This document shows, in pieces, positions 12,889 to 24,900 of a stretch of 64,000 nt of DNA (its first letter is position 1; each line of letters begins with the position of its first letter). The translations under genes and the position numbers were made by a program. The stretch covers positions 25,854,001-25,918,000 of the forward strand of contig CM022670.1 of assembly GCA_012295275.1 (NCBI GenBank), read 5' to 3'. The stretch is from Chrysomallon squamiferum. Lineage: Eukaryota > Animalia > Mollusca. The notes beneath the pieces were generated by a model. It did not search any database and had not been told where the DNA came from. It was given only the letters and a program-made list of their open reading frames with translations.

Positions 12889-15471
12889 TCCTTTTGTTCA
12901 CTTAATCGTGTGTTTTCACTTAAAAGTTAAAATAAAATAAGCTTTTTTGTTAATTAAAGCTCATAAATAAATATTTATTTTCATTTTATATATACATATA
13001 TTTTTTCAACGTAAAAGCCAAAGATAACATTTTTATGTCTTTCCGTTATGTTAGATATACAGCATAATAGTACAAACCTGAAAGTGTTTTAACTTCAGCA
13101 CAGAAATTATTATTTAATTAATGAATTTTTCATGAAATAAACTTAATTCCTTCTTGCTGTTAATTCATTTAAAAAAAAAAAAAAAATAACAGAACACAAT
13201 ACATTTTATTTTGATCACTTTTCCATAAAATAAATTAAACAGGGGAATATGGTTCAAATTAAATAATTTGTTCAAATTTCTGTAACCAAAAACATACAGA
13301 ATAGATAATTCAATAAGCAACCCAGTTTTGAAATCCTCCAAAATATAACATGAAACATAGAAAAATGCAAGCACTTGATGATGATAAAATAACTAAACAC
13401 AAATTATTAAATATTTGTCTTTACCACAAACAGAAAGACAAAGCAGTTAGTGTGATTTCAGCCAAACATGTTAATGTCTGACATTCAGCTATGCATATAT
13501 TACAGTGAATAAATTCATTTCTTGAAAACAAATGAAACTGGCAGAATTTAAATACAAGAATATACCTTTATTAAAAACAAGTTAAGAATAATGAAAATAA
13601 ATTTTCAGAAAATTACAAATATTTTAATGAATAAAGTAAATGCTACAATAAGATTGTATTTTTGTAATGTGAAACTGGCCAGATAGATAAAAAAAAATAA
13701 TACTAACAAACTTGGTAAATAATATCAAGAATTGATATACTCAGTCTGTCGGGAATTGCCAATTGAAATGATGTAACTAACAATGAAAATACAGTTTTTA
13801 AAGCATTTTTATAAATGTATTATTTTATTCTGTATAAAACAAATACTTCTAGGTATATAAAATCTACTTAGTCCAGGTGGGTTTTTATACTGCCAAACTT
13901 ACATTTGAAAGTGGATTTTTATAAATGGTCTAGTAAATGAACTTTTGAGAAAACCAGTTACAAATTTTTATAATAAAAAGGAAATTAAAAAAAATAATAA
14001 GAAGAAATTTAAACTTTAGTATCCTGGACTATATCAATCAGGATTTAAATATAGTAATAAAATATTAAAAATGAAATATTTCTTTATAATGTTTTATATC
14101 CACATTTATCAGAACAAAAGTAAAAGAACAAAAATGTACACTTCATACTTAAATAAAAACAAACAAAATAATAATTTTTAACAAAAATACAAATTAAAAA
14201 TGGAATGTTCAAAGAAATAAAATTATAATGAATGACAGTAATTTACAATAATATATTGGTGTACAAATGCAAAAAGTTGATTTCTAAGTGTCGGTTAAAT
14301 ATTTTTCTTTTTTAACCTGTTAAATATATTAATTAGTACATATAAACATATTATTTAAAAAAAATAATAAAACAACTAAAAAATGTTGCTGTCATGTTAT
14401 AAGATTTCAATTTTAGTATCTATAATCATCAGCTCACAATGGAGATACGGTTTTTTTAAATAAAACACTGTTACCTAGACTTAAATAGTTGTATTATTTT
14501 GTATTAGTAATATAAAAAATTCAAACCTAGTTCAGCACCAGTTTTAGTTCTGAACATATTATATTTCTTTACTTAGACATTTTTGGTTGAATGGTCTATC
14601 CCCAACTAAATCAGAAATGATTTTGGATGATGTATCAATGAATAGCAACAGTTAATGAATAAATTCATTTATTCTAATATTATTTAAAGAATGTGGAATG
14701 AAGTATACATCAATACCCTATTAATGAACTATACTATAAGCCTAAATATATTATAGAAATTATATTAACCATTATAAACAAATGTGTATGGTGACAGTTT
14801 TAAACAAAGATAAGAAAAATGTGTGAATTGTGATAGGAACAACTTCATGTTACATGAAATCAACAAAACAACATAATTATATACAAAGTGTTTTTTTCTG
14901 AAGCTTAAACTATAACCATTGCAAGCTGATTAATATGCAATCAAAGACAGAATAACCTTCATTTCTAAGTATACAAAAATAAAACATTTTTTGTTGTAAG
15001 AGAATTTGGACATTTGTATGAGAAAAAAAAAAAAAAATGATTGACAGTGCTAGATGTAATGAAATAATAGTATTTCACAGAAGACAATGATTCAAGACTG
15101 AAATCCATTATAAAAAAAAAAAGATTGCTTCAAACTAGTTATTAATTTTATTTTAATTAAATATTTTCCTGTTTTTGATAATATATGAACAAAATAAAAA
15201 GCCAAGTAAGATAAACAGAGCAGCTGGGTTTTATAAGTATAAATTAGTATTACAATTATTATTACTATTATTAGAAGTAGTAGTATAAATAGTACATTTA
15301 TGTGTCAAGAAAATGATAAAGAGAACATTTTTTTCGAAGAATAGCTTATAATTAATATGTCAAGAAAATGGTAAAAAATATCCTAATTTATCTAAGAAGT
15401 TATTCCATTTCTAGATTTAAAAAAAAAAAAAAAGAAGGGAAATATTTAAATTTTTGTTTGATTCTAACAGA

Positions 15472-16437
15472 CTACAGTTCTGTAGTTGGTGACAGGTCAT
15501 CATGGTCGAAGTGAGGTTCTTCAAAATAATGCAGTGGTAGCTGCTTCATGTATTCACTCAGTGGTCTCGTCACGGAGGTGCCGCTGCCAGCAAGTTGCGA
15601 ATCACCTGAAGACACCTGGCCAGTGATGGTTGATGATGATGATGGCGATGCTGTTGATTCTGAGACGATGAAGTCATCAGGATGTGGAAGGTATTCAAAA
15701 TTGCCTGGGTTTACAGCTTCACCAGCAACTTGACTGTAATCTGCAAATTCATCATCATCATCCTCGTCACGATTTTTCTGCTTTGGTATTTGGGTGTTCT
15801 TCGATGAAGACTTCATTCTGTGATCACCTCTGTCCACTTTTCCTTCGATTTTGGCCAGAATTCTTTCTGCTCTTGTGATGTATGGTATCGGGGGAGGTGG
15901 TGGGGGGGTGTCAGGAGGTGGGCTGCTGAATACAAAACCTTGAACTGGGGACTGTGGTGGGACACGGTTAATATTCTGTATCTGCTGCAGGTGTATGCTG
16001 TTGGGTATACACAAAGTCTGTTCAGGATTAGTCAGATTATTGTTGTCAACAGCAGAAGAGTCTGACTGTCCGTTCAGTCCGAACTTTGTGTAACTCTGTA
16101 CTGAAACGTCTGCTACAGAATTCTCAGGAATCTTTGAAATTGTCTTGGATTTTTTATCACAGTAAGAACTCGCAGAACTATCCAGCCTGTCCAGTGGACG
16201 TTTACCACCAAAACTGTTACACGAAGAGGACGCTAAAACAGAACTGTCGGCATTCTGCATGGTAACAGCCTTGTCCTTGTTGTCCTTGTGGTGGTACTTG
16301 TCATCAGATTTAGAGTTATCTTCCATGTGGCCAAGGAGACATGTTTCCGAGGTTACGCTGATGTTTCTGCTTTCCCTGTTATTGGCATCTGCTTTGGTCC
16401 CTATAGGCTCGTATTTCACGTCATTTGATCGATTAGA
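15472..16437 (-). CDS. Paralogue B last coding exon (long low-complexity cytoplasmic tail)
   Basis: tttcag|SNRSNDVKYEPI... to TAG at 15472-15474; contains a poly-Pro stretch, DYSQV and EYMKQ. Confidence 0.92.
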   Translation of the reverse strand, partial: SNRSNDVKYEPIGTKADANNRESRNISVTSETCLLGHMEDNSKSDDKYHHKDNKDKAVTMQNADSSVLASSSCNSFGGKRPLDRLDSSASSYCDKKSKTISKIPENSVADVSVQSYTKFGLNGQSDSSAVDNNNLTNPEQTLCIPNSIHLQQIQNINRVPPQSPVQGFVFSSPPPDTPPPPPPIPYITRAERILAKIEGKVDRGDHRMKSSSKNTQIPKQKNRDEDDDDEFADYSQVAGEAVNPGNFEYLPHPDDFIVSESTASPSSSSTITGQVSSGDSQLAGSGTSVTRPLSEYMKQLPLHYFEEPHFDHDDLSPTTEL

Positions 16438-16749
16438 CTGAAATGTCAAGAAATCAAACTGAAAAGTAAGATGTATAATATACTGACACAAAAATTTAAT
16501 AGTAATGTACCTTTTTTCCTTTTCTTTTTATTAATATATATATAAATATAAATATATAACAAACAAAAAAAAAAGATTCTGACTTTAAATATCTGTTACT
16601 TACCATAAAGTATCTTTCAGAAATAAATATTTTCATTTAGATCTCATTTAAACTCAGTATCTTATTTGAACTGAATAGCTTAAAATGTCTATTGACAGAT
16701 AAGATTTGATTATGAACCATTTTGTATTATAAAAGTATTATCAAATCAG

Positions 16750-16780
<31 letters not shown>

Positions 16781-19700
16781 ATAGTTACCTCACATTATTA
16801 AAAATTCAATTTAAACTGTAGGCATTTCAAACTGACTAGCTGTCAAGCCTCATTTTAAACAAATCTGTATCGATTTAACTAGCAATGAATTTTAGTATAT
16901 ACCATTTAAAAAAGCATAATGGTTATTAGCATAAAAGCATAAAGCTAGTGATAAGTACCCCAGCACTGGAGTATCCATCATCCAGGATGCCCAGGCCAAA
17001 AGGAACTGCATCGGGTCTAGGAGGCAAAGGCCGGTCTTGGAAGTGATACTTGGGGTCATTCAAAGGACACTGTGCAAAAAGCAGATAGTGAAGCAAAACG
17101 TGAAGCAAAAATCTGGCAATAGCATAATAATGTTTTATTATGATTGAAAATTACTGGATGAAATATTTGTTTCTAAAATTGTGTTGATTTTTTTTCTAAT
17201 TCTCTGTGTGTGTGTGTGTGTGTATGTGCATAATGGAGTGTTTGTTCAATGCTTTGTATATTTCTGTGTCATTGTGTCATGTTTGTTCTTGTATTTTGTG
17301 TGTTCAGTGCAAAAATGTATAATTTCCAATAATTTAGATTACTTAATCACTATTAAAATTAATATCTTTGTTTATTTACATTTACAATTTAGTTTTAAAA
17401 TTTAATCGATAAATCTATACATTAATGATTAATATTTATGATATATATATCTTCTTTTTTTTCATAATTCTTTTCTCTTTTTAACAATTAAATAATAATA
17501 ATAACAATAATAATGAAAATAATAAATGTTAAAGCAAAAAGCCAATAATTTTAGTGTTGCAAATCACCCAAAAACACTAAACCTACAATTACTTAATTTA
17601 CTCCTTTCTGATAAAAAGACAATAATTTTTTTTTTTTTTTTAAAAGGGTATCAGATTTGAAAAAACAAAAACTTTTTAACCATTGTATTTTGCAGTCATA
17701 ATCACTGAAATTTGTATTTAATTTAAAACTATTTAGTCTGAAAAATAACTAAAATGCTCTAATAGTATGCTTCTAATAGAATAGAAGAAAGAAACTGTAG
17801 TTAAAAACAATGATTTTGCTATGAAGATGTTGTAAATGTGATGTAAGTAGTAGTGACTGAAGACGTACACCCTGTGGTAGGGGAGGAAGACTGTTGATGC
17901 TGCGACAAATACTGTCAGGATATTTAGCTCGATAGTAGAAGTTCTTCTTGGCTTGCACACACTTCCTAATAATAGTAACAACAACAAACATAATAATAGC
18001 AGTAGCTATGGCAGTGGTAATAATAATACTAATACAAAAGTAATAGCAGTGGTAATAAAATTAGTAATAGAAGTTGATTTAATTCAAGAATGAATGTTAA
18101 AGACTGCTCACAATATTTTATTGAGTCATAACACTTAATGATGGTGATTTGAATGAAGAAGCGCACGGTTGCCACCACATAGGTTACTCTATTTTAAATG
18201 TTGAAAATAATTATAAAAAAAAATAAAATAATAAATACAATTTAATGGTTTCCTATAAAAAAGTAAAATTCATATTTCAAATTTTGGTAAAGCACTAGTT
18301 TTATTTTACAATAAAATAATAAAATATACATACCTACAAATTCTGATGAATAAAAATGCAACGAGAATGACAAAAGAAACACATCCAATAATAATTCCTG
18401 CAAGAGCTCCTGGATTATGAACTAGATCTGAAATAAATAATAATAAGAAGAATTAATGATAATGATAAAAATGATTATGTAAGTAATAAGGAAACATAAA
18501 TGATAATGAAAATAACATTGATGACAATGATAATGATAATATTAACAACAATGATCATGATGAAATTGATATTGATAATTATATTAATCATGTTGATGAT
18601 TATGATTCTTGTGATTCAAAATTTAATAGACATCATGAAAGAAATAACTGATAATAATTTATTTTACCGTTGTCCTCAACTTGGCCTCTGAGTGGTCCAC
18701 TCTCAGGCCCTGGACCAGCCCTGGACACTGCCTGCCCAGTGACCATGTACAACACGTCCGGCTTCAGATTTCGAATAATGTAATATGTCTCTCCATTGTC
18801 CACAGTTATGTTTCTTATAACACCTGAAATTGTAACAGACTTTATAACTGATTCTTCCTTGAGATTTACTTGATTAATGACAGGTTAGAATGTACAGCCT
18901 GGAATATTTTACATTAAAATAACACTAGCTACCATTACATGGTTTAGACATAACTGATTAAAATATTTAGTGGTGTCTAGTTTATACATAATAATTAAAT
19001 ATTTCGTCGTAATTTGAATTTATTCATTTCTACATTTATTTTTTCTTTCTCTATTTTTTTTTTTTTTTTTTAAAATACTTTAACTTTTTGAGGTTTTGAG
19101 AATGAGTTTTGTAGTCGATGTTGGATACCAAGGTGATCAAATGTTTTTAAAAGCCTTCTCACCTGTACACTCGCCAGCAACGTTGGCTTCACAGTAGTGA
19201 ATGATGTAGTGTGTGACAAAAGCACGACTCTCAAAACAGACAAATGGCTGCCATTCCACTTTCAAACTCCGGTCTTCTTTGTAGACAGACACGTGGAAAT
19301 TCTTTGGTGGTTTATCAGGTGCTGGTAAATATAAATTTATTTATATTTATTTAATTCATTAAATTTAATTAATTAAGGAGAAGTGTTTTAGTAGGAGAGT
19401 CAACTGAATGAAACTTTAGAAAGTACAAAATAAAAATAAAAAATAAAGATGAGTTATTTTTATATCTGGATTTTTCCTTCTCTCTGTTGACTTATTTTAT
19501 ATTTCATTGAAATAAATAATATTTATAATAAAATAAAGAAAACATCAGTCTTCTTGCTTCATACATTATCGTTATACTTTATAATTAGCAAAGTATACTT
19601 TTTAAAATAAAATCAAAATACACTTATATATATATATACTATTTGTTCCTCTTTTCTATTTTTCCCTTTTATTGTGGAATGTGAGAGTTAAAAGATGTGT

Positions 19701-21916
19701 TTATTATGAACTTACTTTCTCCTTTAATATAGGTACAGCTATTCCAAGTAATCCCACTGCTGATAGTGCTGTTATTGTCAGACATTACCTCCCTTGATAT
19801 TCCAAATAGATGATCTCCAGTGGCCTCCCCTGATGACAGGTACTCGTATGATGTTTGATTGATAGGAAATGAAATCCAGTCAATGTAATTCTGAAAAATA
19901 ATAATGGAAATAATTATGTATGTCCACTGCATTGTTACAAAGTGACATGTTGTCTGTAATGTAGGCATTCTAAATTAAACTGTTGAGTCCATTTCGTTAA
20001 GAATAAAGTGAAAAGTATTTTTTAACCTTTTACATATTACAAACTATTATATAATTATATGTATCGAATTAGAACACTGAAGAAAAAAACAAATAGTATG
20101 TTTTGATTCAAAGTCAGAAAAAGTACAGGTACAAACGGTATATGTTAAAGTTGTGAGTATTTCTACCCTCAGATTTATTATAAACTAGTTGTATGATATT
20201 AAAATATTAGTTTATTTCTGATAAATAAATTTTTAAATATTTGAATGCATTCACTAAACTATAAAAAATAACTAAAAAAAAAAAAAAAAAAAAAAAAATT
20301 GACAATAACACAAAAACAAAAGTAAGATTAAAATTTCAAACTGATATAGCATTTCTCTGACAGCTTCATTTGGCTAGGTTCTAAGAGAAAATGGAATGTA
20401 CCCAGGTTTATAATGGAAACAGTTCTGCAGTTGGTTAAACGCAGTGTCATCTCAAGGCATGGGCACTCTAGGCAAAGGAAGCCATGCAGCTACCTCTTTA
20501 TCTCATGGTTATATATATATATATATAAGGCTTAGGAATCTTCATAACTACCACTTTTTTTTTCTTCTCATACACTCACACACACACACACACACAAACA
20601 GGGGCATCAGTGCATTGCATTGTTGTGCTTTACTACAATGCTGTTAAGACGATTCACCATGAGCACAGTGAAAGTGTTTACCTGACATGTGACAGACTGC
20701 AGTGAGCCCAGACACCAGTACAGTGTGTAGCCCAGGTCCTTCACCCTGTGATCCTGTTGAGAGTCACCTAACTGAGATGACCAGCTAAGGTAGAATCTCG
20801 TGGGTTTAGAGTAGCTGGAGGTTTCAACCAGAAAATCACTTGGTGCACTAGGCTCTGCAACAAATCATTAACACATTTTTATTGTTCATCTCTAAATGTT
20901 AAAATGGTGTCTCAAAAAAAAAAAAAAAAAGGTTCAGTGGTGAAAAATTACTTTAAATCCTTTCTTTTTATTACAGAATAATACAAATTAAATAAATTAG
21001 TTGTAGAGCAAATGATTGCAAAACTGTCATCCATCAAAAATATAAGATGAATATTATGTGTGATGAAATTCCATTTCAGATTAGATGAAACAAAGGCAAG
21101 GACTTTCATATCTTTTTAAAATATACATAAAATGATAAAGTATTTGTTTGCATTTGTTTGCACCGATAAATAAAAAAAAAAAAAAAATAAAATCAAATAA
21201 TCAATAAAATTTAATTAAATTAAATAAAATTAAAATTAAAAAAAAAAAAATAAATAAAAAAAAAAAAAAAAAAAATAAAAATAAAAAATAAAAATAAAAA
21301 GAAATGAAGTAATTAAAATAAAATAAATAAACCAAAACAGAACAATGGTATTAACTGTGGTCATGACGTACTTCTCTTCCTGCTGGGAATGATAAGACTG
21401 GAGTCTGATGACGAGTATCCGATGCTGTTTCTAGATCTCAGGCTCAGCTTGTAGTCAACTTCCGACACCAGCTGCAACGTTGCCCACGTTGTGGACTCAG
21501 AGTTGATGGATAAAACTTGTGGGTCTTCTCCTTCTCTGGCAGAAAGCTGCAGTTCGTAGCCGAGGATGTGACCGTTTCTGTGATGTTCTTCAACTGGCTG
21601 TGGAATGAAAAATAAGCTCAGTTTGTAGACACTTCACTTAGTTAGGTGGAAGAGTTAGCGTCAAAGTTTAACGTTGAAATTCTATTTATTTAGCAAATTC
21701 GGTTCAGAATGTGATTTTTTTTCTTCTTGTTGTTTTTTTTTTTGATTTAGCCCTTGTTTTCTCAAGTAGTTGATTTATTCTTTTTTTTTCTTTTTTTTTA
21801 AAGTTTTTAAATATGTAAGTAAATTAGTTTGTGTATGCATGTGCTGTGAGTAAGTGTGTCTCTGAATGTAAATGTGTTTGTGGTGTGTGTGTGTTCATGT
21901 GCATTTTATGTTAATG

Positions 21917-21967
<51 letters not shown>

Positions 21968-24900
21968 TGTATGTATAAGATAAAAAAATGATATCAATTT
22001 GTCTATGCTTGTCTTTATGAGGTTGTAGGTGAGTGAATGTAATATTCGTCTATAGTCCAAAAATTTCATTGCATAATTTATTTCAGTGAGTAAATGTAAG
22101 ACTGCTAACAGATCACAGTGAAGAAAGAGTTTACCTGCCAGAACAGGGTGACATTTTGACATCCAGAGAAATCATTACAAGGGGACACAGTAAAACCTCC
22201 TGGACTAATCTTTGGAGCTTTACCAGGAACTGAAAGTTAAAAATAACATAAAATATTTAAATTTAATATTAAACTGTACAGACTAGACATATTTAAAATA
22301 TTTAACATCAAAATATACAGACAAATAATATCCTCAACATCAAAAATAGTTACCAATGTTTTACAATTTTGACTATGAGATTTTCCAGCATTAATGATAT
22401 ATATATATATATATATATATATGCAAATTAAATTTTATTCATTTACTAATTCAATATATTTCTTTTTATTTATTAATTCAGTATATAGCATGTTCATATA
22501 ACACAATGTATAATTTATTCATTTGTTTGTTAATATAGCATATGAAATTTTCATTTGTTCATTAAATTATGAAAACAGTTTATAATTTATTATTTTCTTT
22601 ATTCATTTATTAGTATAGTGTAATGTATTGATTTTTCACTTTTTTATTAATACAGTATAATTGTAATTTATTTAATTCAAGAATGCATATTAAAATATAA
22701 TGCAATGTTATTCATTTATCAATACAGTTTGTAACTTATTCGTTTGTTATTTCATTTATTAAAACAGTTTATAACTTATTCTTTTCTTTTTTCATTTATT
22801 AATGCAATTTATAACTAATTCTTTTCTTTTTTCATTTATTAACACAGTACAGAACGTATTCTTTCATTCATTCATTCATTCATTCATTCATTTGTTCATT
22901 CGCTGCTTACTGTCTTCAGCAGTTTGGTTCACAATCGTCCTCCAGCCACTCCAGAACCCTTCAGGCTCATCTTCTCCAGTTGGAATGGGATAACACGACA
23001 CTCGGAATGTGTAGTTAGTGGCAGGCTTCAAACCACACACAGTCACATGTTCATCTTTTATTGGACTTACTTCCTGCAAATAATTTAAATAAATTAATTA
23101 AATTATTGAATTTCTTTGATCAAAGTCAAGTAAAACATCTTCTATAATATTATAAAAGGAGATTAACATCTCTTTAGTTTAAATTTATATTAGCATTGAG
23201 CATAATAATTTATATAAAATAGTAAACATCTAGCAAAATACATAAAAAATACTAAAACAATGCTTTATAAATCTTGATACGAAAATCACTAATGATTTTA
23301 TTTAAAATAAAAAATTATGAAAAGATTTCTGCAAAGAACATTCTTTCTTAAATATTTTAATCTTACTTTAATTTTCGAATGTATGTTGTTCTAAACTTAT
23401 TTCAGATACATAAGTTGTTGCCAGTCATTTTAATCATTTGAAAATTATATTGCATTTATAGAAGGTTGTTAAAGAAGAAGAAAAAAAGCAATAATCTGCT
23501 ACGTCTCACCTCCCAGTGAGCATCTGCACTCCACTGTGGTCGGTACCAGAGTCTGTAATATTTCTCGTAGACTCTCTGATTGTGGTGCCAGGTGAGGCTG
23601 GCACACGTACTGTTCTGTGAAGTTACCCTCAGCTTGTGTACCCGGGCCGGTTCCACTGAAACAACAGTTTAGTAACTTAATTACAGAGTATTCTGTAAAT
23701 ATTGATAAAATTGCTTGTTTTTTTTTTTGGTTTTTTTTTGGTTTTTCTTTTCTATTTTAATGGTTTACATAGTCTTGGATTGAGTGTATTTTTTATATAT
23801 TTTTATTTTATTATTATTTCTCATTTTTCATTTTTTTAAAATAATTTTATGTACCAGGATGACCTGCTCATGTGACTGAAATGTTACCTTTCTATCTTTA
23901 TGTTTAAATTACAGGCTCAGGCAATAAATTTGTTTTTTCTCATTATAAAAAATGCAGAACACAAGTGATGTGATGAAATGCTATTCCATGAGTAAATTGT
24001 CATTTTAAATGTATTATTTTCTATGTGTTGTTGGTGGTGTTTTTAATGTACATTGGCTCAAAAAAAAATGGTTGAAAAACACTGATACATCTAATGTTTA
24101 ATTCCACTGTTTCCAGTTCAATATTTTTTTCAAGCTGTCGTAATATATTTTAATGCATTAGGTGTCAGATCTAAAAGCTATTTTCACATACAGAAATGTG
24201 TTTCTGTGTTACTCATGAACCTACCGATGCATCTCGAGTCTATAGTGAATTGCTTAGACTTCACTTGCTTGTGCAGGCTGCCAACCTGGTTCACCAAAGT
24301 GGTGTTGATCATCATGACGTACTGAACATCAGGCTTGAATGATTTACCAACATCTTCATCATCTTCTTCCCATGTGCATGATGTCTTTGTTTGATGTGGG
24401 CAGTCTTCTTGAGAACTGCAATCGAAATAGTAACTGACTGCAGAAATACTCGACACAGTAATATTGTGACGTACATTTATGTAAATGGATAATAAATCTA
24501 ATGTATTTTAAATGATGATCTGTCTTTAGATGACAGTAAAACAACCTCAGTTTGTTGTCCTGATGGGCAAGCAAAAACTGAGGGAGAAAACCTGCTGCAA
24601 CATTTCCATGACATACTAATTAATTAGCAGGATATGATTTGTATTTATCTACCTTCCCATAATCAGGAAGGCACAGATCTTAATATCCTTTCATATATCA
24701 GTTAACGTGGATTAGGTGAACAGTGGAGAATTGAACCAACATCCCTTTATACCTCAGGCCAGTATTCTTGCTACAGAGCCACAACATGCTCTTTGAAATA
24801 GTAAAACTGATAATGAGAAATTCATTAAATCAATGAATATATGTATAATCAGAATGACTGCCAGAAAGACAGACATACAAATGATAAATGGACAGAAAAC

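Noticed and set aside
15548-16441. Plus-strand ORFs overlapping B's last exon (also 305-493, 6796-6993, 22802-22993, 27442-27642)
   Set aside because: Antisense shadows of real minus-strand exons.
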